Source: a bacterium
GTDB taxonomy: Bacteria > CLD3 > SB21
Direction: 5' to 3'
Assembly: GCA_013360215.1 (NCBI GenBank)
Contig: JABWCP010000011.1
Span: 62,001-89,163, forward strand
Length of the DNA: 27,163 nucleotides
Numbering within the stretch: the stretch's first letter is position 1; each line of letters begins with the position of its first letter. A program made the position numbers and the translations under genes. Below the pieces are notes generated by a model, which searched no databases, had not been told where the DNA came from, and worked only from the letters and a program-made list of their open reading frames with translations. Positions 1 to 9,129 of the stretch are shown here, piece by piece.

Positions 1-1020
1 AAATTCGCTGCCACCTTTTAAAAAATACAAATCGTTGTGTTCGCGGACAAATCCGGAGTTGGTTTCTGAAAGTATCCGTGTAGGTTTTCCGGAAGCCGCA
101 TCTACAAAATAAAGATTCAATTCGGTTTGCGAACGGTTCATCGTCTGCATGGCCAATCGCTTGTTGTCGGGAAGCCATTTTACCCGCACGATGTATTCAT
201 ACGTCAGGCCGGTCATATCCACAGCCACCGTTTTTCCGGTATTCATGTTTCTGCAGTGCAGGGTAGCGATAGGATTGACGCTTCCGGTTTTAGGATAACG
301 TTGGTGTATCAATGCCGGAACGGCGGGTTTATAATCCTGAAAAACCACATCGTCAACTTGCGATTCATCAAATTTATAAAACGCAAGTAGCGAACCGTCG
401 TCTGACCAAAAGCTGCCAAGCTCTTCGCGATCGTAGATTTCTTCCCAATAAACCCAGGACAAACGACCGTTTAGTAATGTCGAACTTCCGTCGGAGGTGA
501 TCCGTGTTTCTTTTTGCGAAACAAGATCGTAACTAAACAAATCATTGTGGCGGACGTAAACGACTTTTTTTCCGTCCGGAGCAAGCCGGGGCGCCATTTC
601 TTCGTCCGATGTCGCGGTTACGCGCGTCCATTGTGATGTTTTAAAGTGAAAGATAAATACGTCGCCTTCAAAAGAAAATAAGGCCAGCGATCCAGATGCA
701 TCCAAACCCTCCGGCCAAGGCAATGCGGGGGGAGCGGAGGAGATATGTTTTTGTAAACCCGCGATAGCCGTACGCATATCAAAGAGTGTAAAGCGTTCCC
801 CGCTTTGGGGATTCAACATTTGATAAGAACGTTCGGACCATGCGACGCGTGTGTCGTAAAGTATAATGGTATTCTGCGAAGTCCAAAAATAAGAAGGCGC
901 TTCGGTGCGTTGTTTAATTTCACCGTTGTACAGATATTCAGGTGTGAGTGTTACGTTCGTTTGAGCGTAAACGGGCGCGGTTATCATCGCCGCTATGATC
1001 CATAATAATCTTTTTTTCAT
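1..1020 (-). CDS. Dipeptidyl peptidase IV / S9B family peptidase, N-terminal beta-propeller part (runs off the window edge)
   Basis: Not in the ORF track. My translation from ATG at 1020 is open to base 1. It starts with a signal-peptide-like MKKRLLWIIAAMITAPVYAQ and contains the DPP-IV motifs APDGKKVVYVRHNDLF, NGRLSWVYWEEI (cf. DWVYEEE), FWSDDGSLLAF and RYPKTGSVNP. Confidence 0.9.
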   Translation of the reverse strand, partial: MKKRLLWIIAAMITAPVYAQTNVTLTPEYLYNGEIKQRTEAPSYFWTSQNTIILYDTRVAWSERSYQMLNPQSGERFTLFDMRTAIAGLQKHISSAPPALPWPEGLDASGSLALFSFEGDVFIFHFKTSQWTRVTATSDEEMAPRLAPDGKKVVYVRHNDLFSYDLVSQKETRITSDGSSTLLNGRLSWVYWEEIYDREELGSFWSDDGSLLAFYKFDESQVDDVVFQDYKPAVPALIHQRYPKTGSVNPIATLHCRNMNTGKTVAVDMTGLTYEYIVRVKWLPDNKRLAMQTMNRSQTELNLYFVDAASGKPTRILSETNSGFVREHNDLYFLKGGSEF

Positions 1021-1047
1021 ACATCACTTTGCCGGTATTATGGGTTG

Positions 1048-1767
1048 TTATGCATTGTTGGGATTCATTCGAAGCTGGATTGCGTGCAATTTTTTTCCGG
1101 TACGATACCCGTGAATTCCCATAGCCGGTCCGATCATCCAATACGTTAAGCCGGCCCAATTGGCCATAGCGGAGCCGCCGTATAAAAGTAAAGAGGTTGA
1201 AAAAAGCGCAATACCGATATTGATGATATATGAACGCCGTTCGGAACGGGCAATGAAAATCTCTGCTTCATTAAGTTCAAATCGCGCGCGAAGACGGTAC
1301 GCATGGTGGTACAGCAAGGCATAGATACCGCACACGGCGATGTATCCTGCATTGTAGATGTACATCATGTCGTCGCCTTGACCCGCCGCGATCGGCGGTT
1401 GTTCATAAGCAACACCCAACATCATATTGACGACGAGGGTCATGACAAATTTGAGCGGATAAACAAAGAATAACACTACAAAAAGGAGCGCGGCATTCCA
1501 AACAATTGTAAAACGGTCTTGTAAACCGAAACGTCTGAAAAATTTATAATGCCAATACCATAACATCACCAAGATCGTAAAACACGTGGCAAATGCCGGG
1601 AAACCGCGCATGGTTTCCAAAAGCTGGGAAAGGTTTTTGGGTACTTCAAGTGAAACGACCAGCAAAGTCATTGCAAAAGCAAATACCGCATCGCTGAAAG
1701 CTTCCACACGGGTGACTTCATGCCCGCGCCAGCGAAAATGAGGGTCAAGCGCTTGATTACTCAGCAT
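1048..1767 (-). CDS. TMEM175 family (DUF1211) potassium channel
   Basis: Signature RVEAFSDAVFAFAMTLLV (RxxxFSD), WYWHYKFF in helix 2, and about 6 hydrophobic segments. Confidence 0.9.
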   Translation of the reverse strand: MLSNQALDPHFRWRGHEVTRVEAFSDAVFAFAMTLLVVSLEVPKNLSQLLETMRGFPAFATCFTILVMLWYWHYKFFRRFGLQDRFTIVWNAALLFVVLFFVYPLKFVMTLVVNMMLGVAYEQPPIAAGQGDDMMYIYNAGYIAVCGIYALLYHHAYRLRARFELNEAEIFIARSERRSYIINIGIALFSTSLLLYGGSAMANWAGLTYWMIGPAMGIHGYRTGKKLHAIQLRMNPNNA

Positions 1768-1812
1768 AACGACCTCGCTAATTTCGAAGTTAGTCTGGAA
1801 AAAGAAGAAACG

Positions 1813-2364
1813 TTAAAGATTGTTTTGCATTACGGCAGTTTTTCGCGCCATACGGAGTACGGATTCTTCTGTTGTATAATCGGCAATGCGATTCAACGCA
1901 ATCCAAGCTAAATCTTTGGACTCGGAAGAAATGCGCAGCGGTATGGCATCATCTATTTCGATCAGAAACCGCACGTCGTAATGAAGATGCGCCGCGTCCG
2001 ATTTGTGCGGCGGAATTTCGTGAATATCCAAATCAAAGGGCATATCGGACAAAAGCGTTGTCGCTTCGACACCGGATTCTTCCTGCGCTTCGCGCAAGGC
2101 CACGCGATCTACATGGGGATCGCCATCCGCATGCCCGCCTAATTGCAGCCATCGGTTGAGTTTGCCGTGATGCGTCAGTAAAACTTTATCGCGCGAGGGG
2201 TTGACGATCCATGCGCTGCCGGTAATGTGCCCGATGGACAGATAACGTTCAAAACAATCGGGGTATGTGTGGACAAAATTCAACATACGATCGCGCATCG
2301 CCGATTCGTGCGGATCGCTCGGATGGTATGCGTTTAATCGGGAGATCAACCAGTTGCGATGCAT
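1813..2364 (-). CDS. NUDIX hydrolase
   Basis: Nudix box GGHADGD...ALREAQEESGV, plus GHITGSAW and HLHYDVRF motifs. Confidence 0.9.
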   Translation of the reverse strand: MHRNWLISRLNAYHPSDPHESAMRDRMLNFVHTYPDCFERYLSIGHITGSAWIVNPSRDKVLLTHHGKLNRWLQLGGHADGDPHVDRVALREAQEESGVEATTLLSDMPFDLDIHEIPPHKSDAAHLHYDVRFLIEIDDAIPLRISSESKDLAWIALNRIADYTTEESVLRMARKTAVMQNNL

Positions 2365-2367
2365 GGC

Positions 2368-3603
2368 TTAAGAGACGTTGCGCGGATCAACGGGCAGATA
2401 CACAGTAAATGTAGAGCCCATACCGGGAGCCGATTCTACTTCGATGCGGCCATGGTGCTTTTTGATGATTTCAGCAGAGATAGATAGGCCGAAACCGGTA
2501 CCTTCGCTTTCCGGTTTGGTCGTAAATCCTGGATCAAAAATCTTACCGATGATGTCTTTAGGAATACCTGCGCCATGGTCAGTGATAGCGATACGAACCG
2601 TGGTATTTTCTTGGCGGGTTTGTATGGTGACTTTGCCGTCCGCCGGTGAGGCTTGTGCCGCATTATTGATAAGATTGATCAATACTTGGGATAGCGGCCC
2701 CGGTAATCCCAGAATGTGTGATACGACACCAAAATCTTTTACAAATTCGAGGTGATGTTTGAATTTTGCTTTCAGAAGTGTGAGTGAACGTTCGATCTGC
2801 TGGTGTATATCGGTTTGAACAAATTCGGCGTCATCAAGCCGCGAAAAACCACGCAAATCTTCGACAATTTCTGTAACCAGATCACACGAGTGTTTGATCA
2901 CACCGACTGCCGTTTCAAAATTCTGCAACACTTCTTCGATGTTATATCGATCCTTAACAGCCGACTTAAATTGTTCGGCTGTCTTTTGACCGGTCGTGAG
3001 TGCGTTGACTTCGATAAAAAGGTTTTTGACATCCGCCCATTCCAGCGAAATCAATTTGGTCGAATTGCTTATATTGTTTATCGGGTTGCGGATCTCGTGG
3101 GCAATGCTGCTCATGAGTTTGCCCAACATGGACATTTTTTCGGAGCGAACCAGTTGCTCCTGAGCATTTTTCAGGTTTTCGTAAGCCGTCTTGATTTCAA
3201 GATGGGCCCGTTCGAGAGCCCGGCTTTGGGCGAAGAAATCCAGGCTGCGTTTAACAATAATACGCAGATCATCGGTTTCAAATGGTTTGGTCACATACTG
3301 GAATACGCGCCCCGCATTGATGGATTCGATCAAATCTTTGACGTCGGTATAACCGGTGAGAATAATGCGGATGCAGTCGGGGTTAACGCTGATGGAGCGG
3401 TTGAGAAATTCGGTTCCGGACATGACCGGCATTCGTTGATCGGAAATTATCAGCGCGATATTGGGATTTTTCTCAAGGATTTCAAGGCCGTCTTTTCCGT
3501 TGGTGGCCGTGTGCACTTTATATTCATCACTCAAAAGACGCGATAAAACAGAAAGTACATTTTCTTCATCATCCACGACCAGGATTTCGTGATGATTCAG
3601 CAT
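2368..3603 (-). CDS. Cytoplasmic hybrid response regulator / histidine kinase (REC-HisKA-HATPase)
   Basis: Receiver domain (ILVVDDE, IISDQRMP), H-box IAHEIRNP, N-box QVLINLINNA, G1 DHGAGI, F-box FDPGFTTK, G2 GTGFGL. I placed the start at ATG 3603 because GGAG lies upstream; the ORF track extends it to 3651. Confidence 0.9.
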   Translation of the reverse strand: MLNHHEILVVDDEENVLSVLSRLLSDEYKVHTATNGKDGLEILEKNPNIALIISDQRMPVMSGTEFLNRSISVNPDCIRIILTGYTDVKDLIESINAGRVFQYVTKPFETDDLRIIVKRSLDFFAQSRALERAHLEIKTAYENLKNAQEQLVRSEKMSMLGKLMSSIAHEIRNPINNISNSTKLISLEWADVKNLFIEVNALTTGQKTAEQFKSAVKDRYNIEEVLQNFETAVGVIKHSCDLVTEIVEDLRGFSRLDDAEFVQTDIHQQIERSLTLLKAKFKHHLEFVKDFGVVSHILGLPGPLSQVLINLINNAAQASPADGKVTIQTRQENTTVRIAITDHGAGIPKDIIGKIFDPGFTTKPESEGTGFGLSISAEIIKKHHGRIEVESAPGMGSTFTVYLPVDPRNVS

Positions 3604-3686
3604 ATTGCTGTCTCCGGTATCCTGCGAATGCGGAAGACGTTTGAGCGACATAGGATTGTATTGAGATGGTGGCTTGAAATTTGAAA

Positions 3687-3715
3687 AAAATACGTTCTGA
3701 GTGAGTTTAAATCAA
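3687..3715 (-). promoter_or_regulatory. Possible sigma70 promoter for the hybrid kinase
   Basis: Minus strand TTGATT-N17-TATTTT in the intergenic gap. Weak match in AT-rich DNA. Confidence 0.3.
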
Positions 3716-3721
3716 GAATAA

Positions 3722-4558
3722 TCATTTATTGTTTTTCCAGCGACGGTGAAACCAAAACCATTGTTCGGGAGCGGAACGGATTGCCGATTCGATCAACGCG
3801 GTATAATGCGATGAGAACGATGTTTCCGACGCAGAAATGGTGTCAATGGAAAACACAAATTGATCCGAAGTTTCACGTTTTCCAAGACAAAGCCAAGCCC
3901 GGCATCCCGTGCGTCGGACGAGCATTTCAGGACCGGCCGGTGCAAAACACGGTTGAGAAAAAAAATGCACAGGTATTTTATTGTGACCGAAATCCTGATC
4001 CGAAAGCAAAGCCAAAGCGTGACCGGATCGAAGTGTTCTGAGTATGCCGTAAATATCATCTTCGTACAAAACTCTCATGCCACAGCGTGTGCGATGCCGA
4101 AATAACCATGCATCCACATACGGATTCGTTTGACGGCGTACTACCACCGCCAGCGAAACGCCATGCGCGATCAACGCTTTTCCCATCAATTCCCAATTCC
4201 CAAAATGGGCGGAGATCAAAACCGAGTTGCGCAAGTTTTGCCAATCCCAATCGTCCGGTAAGCGGAATGAAAATTGTTTAGTATGAGTGCCATCGTAACG
4301 GTCCAATACCAGGAGTTCTGCAAATGTTTTGCCGAACTGGCGGTATGTTTGCCTGAGAATGCGTTGTATCGCAGAAGCATCAAACAAACCCGTGCGTACC
4401 AGATTAGAATACGCTACGCCATGACGGATTTTAAAAAAATGAAATACGTCACCGATGAAGGTTCCGATGGATGGAACGAGAGACAGAGGAATAACTAAAA
4501 GAAAATAACGAAAAAAAAGCAGAATTAAATATTCGATCCGCCAGATCAAACGTTTCAT
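3722..4558 (-). CDS. Lipid A lauroyl/late acyltransferase family (LpxL/HtrB-like lysophospholipid acyltransferase)
   Basis: SAHFGNWE, LLSDQD and C-terminal PEQWFWFHRRWK motifs, with an N-terminal TM segment. The ATG at 4558 overlaps the rnhA stop (ATGA). Confidence 0.85.
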   Translation of the reverse strand: MKRLIWRIEYLILLFFRYFLLVIPLSLVPSIGTFIGDVFHFFKIRHGVAYSNLVRTGLFDASAIQRILRQTYRQFGKTFAELLVLDRYDGTHTKQFSFRLPDDWDWQNLRNSVLISAHFGNWELMGKALIAHGVSLAVVVRRQTNPYVDAWLFRHRTRCGMRVLYEDDIYGILRTLRSGHALALLSDQDFGHNKIPVHFFSQPCFAPAGPEMLVRRTGCRAWLCLGKRETSDQFVFSIDTISASETSFSSHYTALIESAIRSAPEQWFWFHRRWKNNK

Positions 4559-5007
4559 TGAACCGACAAGGCTTCGTTGCACAACGTGTCCACGCGTTCA
4601 TTATAGTGGATGCCGGCGTGGCCTTTGACTTTTTCAAAGCGGACGGTATGCGTTTGGCATAGATCGATGATGATTTCCCACAGGTCACGGTTTTTAACAG
4701 GGCTTTTGTCGGCGGTGCGCCAGCCGTTGCGTTGCCAGTTATCCAGCCACTTTTGATGGAAGGCGTTGACGATGTAAGCGCTATCGGAATGCAACGTGAC
4801 CCGGCAAGGGCGTTTGAGCGCTTTAAGCGCTTCGGCGACGGCCGCCAATTCCATCCGATTATTGGTCGTGGCGTCTTCCGTTCCGGAAATTTCTTTACTT
4901 TTTCCATCCTCGGCGAGCAAAACAGCCGCCCATGCGCCGCGCCCGGGGTTACCCTTGCAGGCACCGTCGGTGTAAATCGTGATATGAGGACTTTGTGATG
5001 TTGTCAT
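4555..5007 (-). CDS. rnhA: Ribonuclease HI
   Basis: IYTDGACKGNPG, TTNNRMEL, SDSAY, VKNRDLW, KVKGHAG and NERVD motifs. Confidence 0.97.
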   Translation of the reverse strand: MTTSQSPHITIYTDGACKGNPGRGAWAAVLLAEDGKSKEISGTEDATTNNRMELAAVAEALKALKRPCRVTLHSDSAYIVNAFHQKWLDNWQRNGWRTADKSPVKNRDLWEIIIDLCQTHTVRFEKVKGHAGIHYNERVDTLCNEALSVQ

Positions 5008-5330
5008 AGCTACATTTTATAAAAATTATCATCAACCAAAAGATTTTTTTTAAATAAGATCGAAACTGCATTGAACTTGACCTTGAATGTCCTACATCCT
5101 GTTTTCTTAGATGATAATCGCTTATACACAAGACAGGTCATGAAAGATCGGCTATTTCGTCTGGACATAGCAGGGAGTATGAAGAATGAGACTATACAAA
5201 AAATACGTGTTATGTTGAATAGACTCGAAAGTAATATTTCTTGCGATTACACTTCATTTTTCTTTACATTGGGGCGGTTCCGTCTTATCACTTATCAAAT
5301 AACAACAAAAACCCTTTTTTGGAGGAGCGT

Positions 5331-5876
5331 GTGAAACGATTGACCGTACTTATCGGTTTCGTGTGTTGTCCTATTTTGAGTTTGTTTGCTCAATATCAAA
5401 TTGATGCCACAGAATCCGTGCATGTTCCCGTGCTGATCAAAAGTTTATCGTATGACAGCAAACTCAAAGGCGGAAATCTTCTGATATTGTCGCGTACCGA
5501 TGAAAACGGTAATCGCAATAAAGCGTCTTCGTTGTTTTCCGGGAAAACGATCAAATCCAACACATTACAGGCGTTTGACGGGACGTATTCCGGTAAAGCA
5601 GCATTGGCCTCCATACTTGATAATCTCGGCGTACATCTGATATACATATGTGATGATCTGACAGCGGCCCAGGTGTCGGAAATTTCGGCTTTGTGTAATG
5701 CTAAAAGTATCCTGAGTATATCCGGAGTAACGGATCATGTGACCACAGGGTTGGTCAGTTTATCGGTGTCCAATGAAGGCGGGAAAACAAAAACATTTCT
5801 GAATAAAACGAAGATGCGTGCTGAAGGCCACGCTTTTAGTGCGCAGTTTCTTCAGCTGTGTAAAATCGTCGAATAA
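5331..5876 (+). CDS. YfiR/HmsC-like (DUF4154) periplasmic protein
   Basis: GTG start at 5331 after GGAGGAG and a signal-peptide-like N-terminus. The C-terminus FLNKTKMRAEGHAFSAQFLQLCKIVE resembles the YfiR-family end. Family assignment is by eye. Confidence 0.65.
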   Translation: MKRLTVLIGFVCCPILSLFAQYQIDATESVHVPVLIKSLSYDSKLKGGNLLILSRTDENGNRNKASSLFSGKTIKSNTLQAFDGTYSGKAALASILDNLGVHLIYICDDLTAAQVSEISALCNAKSILSISGVTDHVTTGLVSLSVSNEGGKTKTFLNKTKMRAEGHAFSAQFLQLCKIVE

Positions 5877-5978
5877 GGTTGCGACGTTATATTGCTGTAA
5901 AAAAATATATCAAAAATTTATACTGATTTTTTGATGCGTTTCTGTAAGTTTTTGAAACGGTTTTTACAGATTGAAGGG

Positions 5979-6605
5979 TCAGATTTCGCCGCGTAAAGAC
6001 TTGGTGATCACTTCGGCTTTGGAGTGGACATGCAATTTGCGGTAAATATTTTTGATGTGCGAACGGATTGTCTCAATCGTCACATCCATGCGATCGGCGA
6101 TCATTTTGTAACTCAAACCATCCACCAATCCCACCACGACTTCTTTCTCTTTATCGGACAGCGTTGACTGAGGTTTTTGTGACGGCGCGGGATAAAAGTG
6201 CTGAATCACTTTGCGGGCTATCTGCGGTGACATCGGTGCACCGCCGTTATGCAATTCGTCCAGTGATCGTGCAATATCCGCAAACGGAGTATTTTTGATA
6301 AGATAACCGGATGCACCGTTGCACAGGGCTTCAAAAATTCGCGCCGGATCATCATGGACCGTAAACATCACGATGTCCGTATCGGGAAATTTTTCCCGGA
6401 AGAGACGTATTGCACTCAATCCCGACATACCGGGTAAGCCTATGTCGAGAATCAGAATATCAGGCGTATGCGTTTTGAACGCTTCCAAATCTTCTTCGAC
6501 GGATCCGGCGGAAGTCGTTATCGTAAAACGGTTGTCTTTTTTCAAAAATGCCGTCACATTCTGGCGAATTTCCGCGTCGTCCTCGATCATCGCAATGCGT
6601 ATCAT
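5979..6605 (-). CDS. NarL/FixJ (LuxR-HTH) family response regulator
   Basis: Receiver (IEDD, LILDIGLPGMSG, GASGYLIK) plus LuxR HTH (LSDKEKEV...GLSYKMIA...TIRSHIKNIYRKLHV). ATG 6605 follows AAAGGA. Confidence 0.93.
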   Translation of the reverse strand: MIRIAMIEDDAEIRQNVTAFLKKDNRFTITTSAGSVEEDLEAFKTHTPDILILDIGLPGMSGLSAIRLFREKFPDTDIVMFTVHDDPARIFEALCNGASGYLIKNTPFADIARSLDELHNGGAPMSPQIARKVIQHFYPAPSQKPQSTLSDKEKEVVVGLVDGLSYKMIADRMDVTIETIRSHIKNIYRKLHVHSKAEVITKSLRGEI

Positions 6606-6661
6606 AAACGATCCTTTGTAAAACATTCATCGCAAACTAAGGCCGTCATCGGAGAAAACCA

Positions 6662-6679
6662 ATCCCATAACGATGGGAT
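6662..6679. promoter_or_regulatory. Perfect inverted repeat ATCCCAT-N4-ATGGGAT; candidate regulator box or hairpin
   Basis: Seen directly between the SufS-like stop (6682) and the response regulator start. A TAGTTT -10-like hexamer lies at 6639-6634 on the minus strand. Confidence 0.45.
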
Positions 6680-6681
6680 GG

Positions 6682-8151
6682 CTAAGCTTCGACACGAAAC
6701 CAGTCGGTTATGGCCGCGCTGTTTTCTTTGAACTCTTTGTGGCGAAATTCGTTGGCCGATCCGTCGTAAACGTAGCCTTTCGACCATGTTTTGTGATGGG
6801 ACGCCACATCGCTAATCGCGCGAAGGATGAAATCCACCTCCTGGTCGGTCATCACCGGGTGAAGAGAAAGTCGTATCCAACCCGGTTTTTCGGACATGTC
6901 GCCGTGATCAATTTCGTCCGTGATGCGTTTGGAAAATTCGCGCGTCACATTGAGTAAATAATGACCATACGTGCCGGCACAGGAACAGCCGCCGCGAACT
7001 TGAATGCCAAAGCGATCGTTGAGCAGTTTGACGCCGAGATTGTAGTGCAGACCGTCTATATAAAACGAAATGATGCCGAGGCGATGTTCGACATGATCGG
7101 CCAGTATGTGCAACCCCGGTGCCTGACGCAAAACCTGGAATACGCGCGGCAACATTTCTTCTTCTCTCGCCATCATACGCGACGGATCCATCGTTTCTTT
7201 GAGGCGAATCGCCATCGCGGCTTTGATCGCCTGCAAAAAAGGCGGTGTACCGCCGTCTTCGCGAATTTCGATATCCTGAAAATATTTATGTTCGCCCCAG
7301 GGGTTGGTCCATGTCACCGTACCGCCACCGGGTTGATCGGGAATTTTATTACCGTAAAGTTGAGCGTTGAAAATCAAAACACCGGGCGTGCCGGGTCCGC
7401 CGAGAAACTTATGCGGAGAGAAATAAATAGCATCCAGACGCGCATCGGTATCGGCGGGGTGCATATTGATCGGTACATACGGCGCGGAGCATGCAAAATC
7501 CACAAAACAATACCCGCCGTTTTGATGCATGATTTTAGCTATGTCGTGATAGGGCGTTTGAATCCCCGTGACGTTGGAACATGCGGTGACGGAAGCAATT
7601 TTCATAGGCCGGTTTTTGTAGCGTTCCAGCAGCCTTGAGAGATCGTTCAGATCCACCAAACCTTTTTCATCACGTCCAACTAATTCTACATCCGCGATGG
7701 TTTCCAGCCATGAGGTATGATTGGAGTGATGCTCCATGTGGGTTACAAAAATCACAGGGCGCTCCGCTTCGGGTACGGAAATGCGTCCGCTGAATTTTTC
7801 AGGAATGCGAAGATTGAGTATGCGTTGAAACTTGGCGACCGCACCGGTCATACCCGAACCCGCAAAAATTAAAACGTCATTAGGAGCGGCATTTACATGC
7901 CCTTTGATGATCGCTTTAGCTTCGTGGTACGCATGCGTCATTGTCGTTCCGGTAGTGGTGGTTTCCGTATGCGTATTGGCGACGTAAGGGCCGAACCGCG
8001 AAAGCAGTTGTTCCTCGATAGGACGATACAACCGTCCGCTTGCTACCCAGTCGGCGTAAACGATGTGTTGTGTTCCGTACGGAGTTTGGACAGTCAGGTC
8101 GTGACCGATGGTGTTGGTACGAAATTTTTGGAAGTACTCTTCAAGTTTCAT
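6682..8151 (-). CDS. Aminotransferase class V-fold PLP enzyme, cysteine desulfurase (SufS/NifS)-like
   Basis: YADWVASG, MEHHSNH, SNVTG, PLP lysine in SPHKFLGG, GGTP, and catalytic-loop RGGCSCAG. Confidence 0.88.
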   Translation of the reverse strand: MKLEEYFQKFRTNTIGHDLTVQTPYGTQHIVYADWVASGRLYRPIEEQLLSRFGPYVANTHTETTTTGTTMTHAYHEAKAIIKGHVNAAPNDVLIFAGSGMTGAVAKFQRILNLRIPEKFSGRISVPEAERPVIFVTHMEHHSNHTSWLETIADVELVGRDEKGLVDLNDLSRLLERYKNRPMKIASVTACSNVTGIQTPYHDIAKIMHQNGGYCFVDFACSAPYVPINMHPADTDARLDAIYFSPHKFLGGPGTPGVLIFNAQLYGNKIPDQPGGGTVTWTNPWGEHKYFQDIEIREDGGTPPFLQAIKAAMAIRLKETMDPSRMMAREEEMLPRVFQVLRQAPGLHILADHVEHRLGIISFYIDGLHYNLGVKLLNDRFGIQVRGGCSCAGTYGHYLLNVTREFSKRITDEIDHGDMSEKPGWIRLSLHPVMTDQEVDFILRAISDVASHHKTWSKGYVYDGSANEFRHKEFKENSAAITDWFRVEA

Positions 8152-8261
8152 GAATGCAGAGCTTATAAGGGTTAATGATTTTTAAACCCGAGAGGATAAT
8201 TAAAAAAACAACCAACTGCATGCAAAAAATCATCGGGTTTTCTGTACGTAAAATCGCTGTT

Positions 8262-9095
8262 TTATATGGCCGTCGCATCGATCACCGCAAAAGGTATTTC
8301 GATGCGAAACACATCCTCATCCGCGACGATATCGTTCATGCGATCTTCCATTGCCGTAAAAACAGGGCGCCGGATTTCCTGAGGCACTAGATTTTTCCAT
8401 GAAGGGAGAAACCAATGGCGGATCAAATGATGTTCAAAGAAAGCTTTCCCGTCGGTAAAATCCATGTGAAACTGCCGCAGTTTGATTTCTCCGATTTCAA
8501 ATCCTGATTCTTCGATCCATGCTTCCATACGATCCAGCGGAGGTCTTTTTTGTTGGATATGCTGATCAATAAGGGGAAGGTTTTCTTCGCGGCGATGATC
8601 ACGCAGCGCTGCACGCAACACATCGTAAAAAGCGCGCATCGTGCCTTCGAGATTGTACGTCATGACAAACTGTGCACCGTGTTTGGCGGAACGGCGGCAC
8701 GTGCTTAAGGTTTTTGGAATATCGCTTACATTGTTAATGCCGTTATTAGATACGATCAGATCACACGTATGTTCTCCGATGGTTGCATCTTCGGCCTGAC
8801 CTTCGATGATACGCACCTGCGTGATGCCCAAACGTTCGGTTTTTTCACGGAGGCGTGCGACCGCCGCCGGCCACGGATCAATGCCCCATACCGTTCCTTT
8901 TTTTCCGATACGTTCGGCGATTTCAAGCATTGGAAATCCGGTACCGCAACCGATGTCCATCACGGTCATGCCGGGTTTAAAGCGTATGGCGTTGAGCAGT
9001 TCCGTTCCAAACGGCGCCGACCAAAGCGGCAATTCATCGGTGACCGCCATCAGTGCGGGATCATTGGGATCGTATTGATAATCTAAATAATCCAT
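8262..9095 (-). CDS. Class I SAM-dependent methyltransferase
   Basis: Motif I VMDIGCGTG, GIDPW and DLIVSNNGINN. Confidence 0.88.
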   Translation of the reverse strand: MDYLDYQYDPNDPALMAVTDELPLWSAPFGTELLNAIRFKPGMTVMDIGCGTGFPMLEIAERIGKKGTVWGIDPWPAAVARLREKTERLGITQVRIIEGQAEDATIGEHTCDLIVSNNGINNVSDIPKTLSTCRRSAKHGAQFVMTYNLEGTMRAFYDVLRAALRDHRREENLPLIDQHIQQKRPPLDRMEAWIEESGFEIGEIKLRQFHMDFTDGKAFFEHHLIRHWFLPSWKNLVPQEIRRPVFTAMEDRMNDIVADEDVFRIEIPFAVIDATAI

Positions 9096-9129
9096 ACGGT
9101 TTTTCTTTTATTAGTGAAGTGAAATTATT

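Noticed and set aside
127-1159. Short ORFs listed at the left end (127-390, 312-500, 805-1005, 938-1159)
   Set aside because: All overlap the real minus-strand DPP-IV gene (1-1020), which the track missed because it has no stop in the window.
5071-5334. 87-aa ORF or possible riboswitch upstream of the YfiR-like gene
   Set aside because: TTG start, no RBS or motif support, and no recognisable riboswitch consensus by eye.
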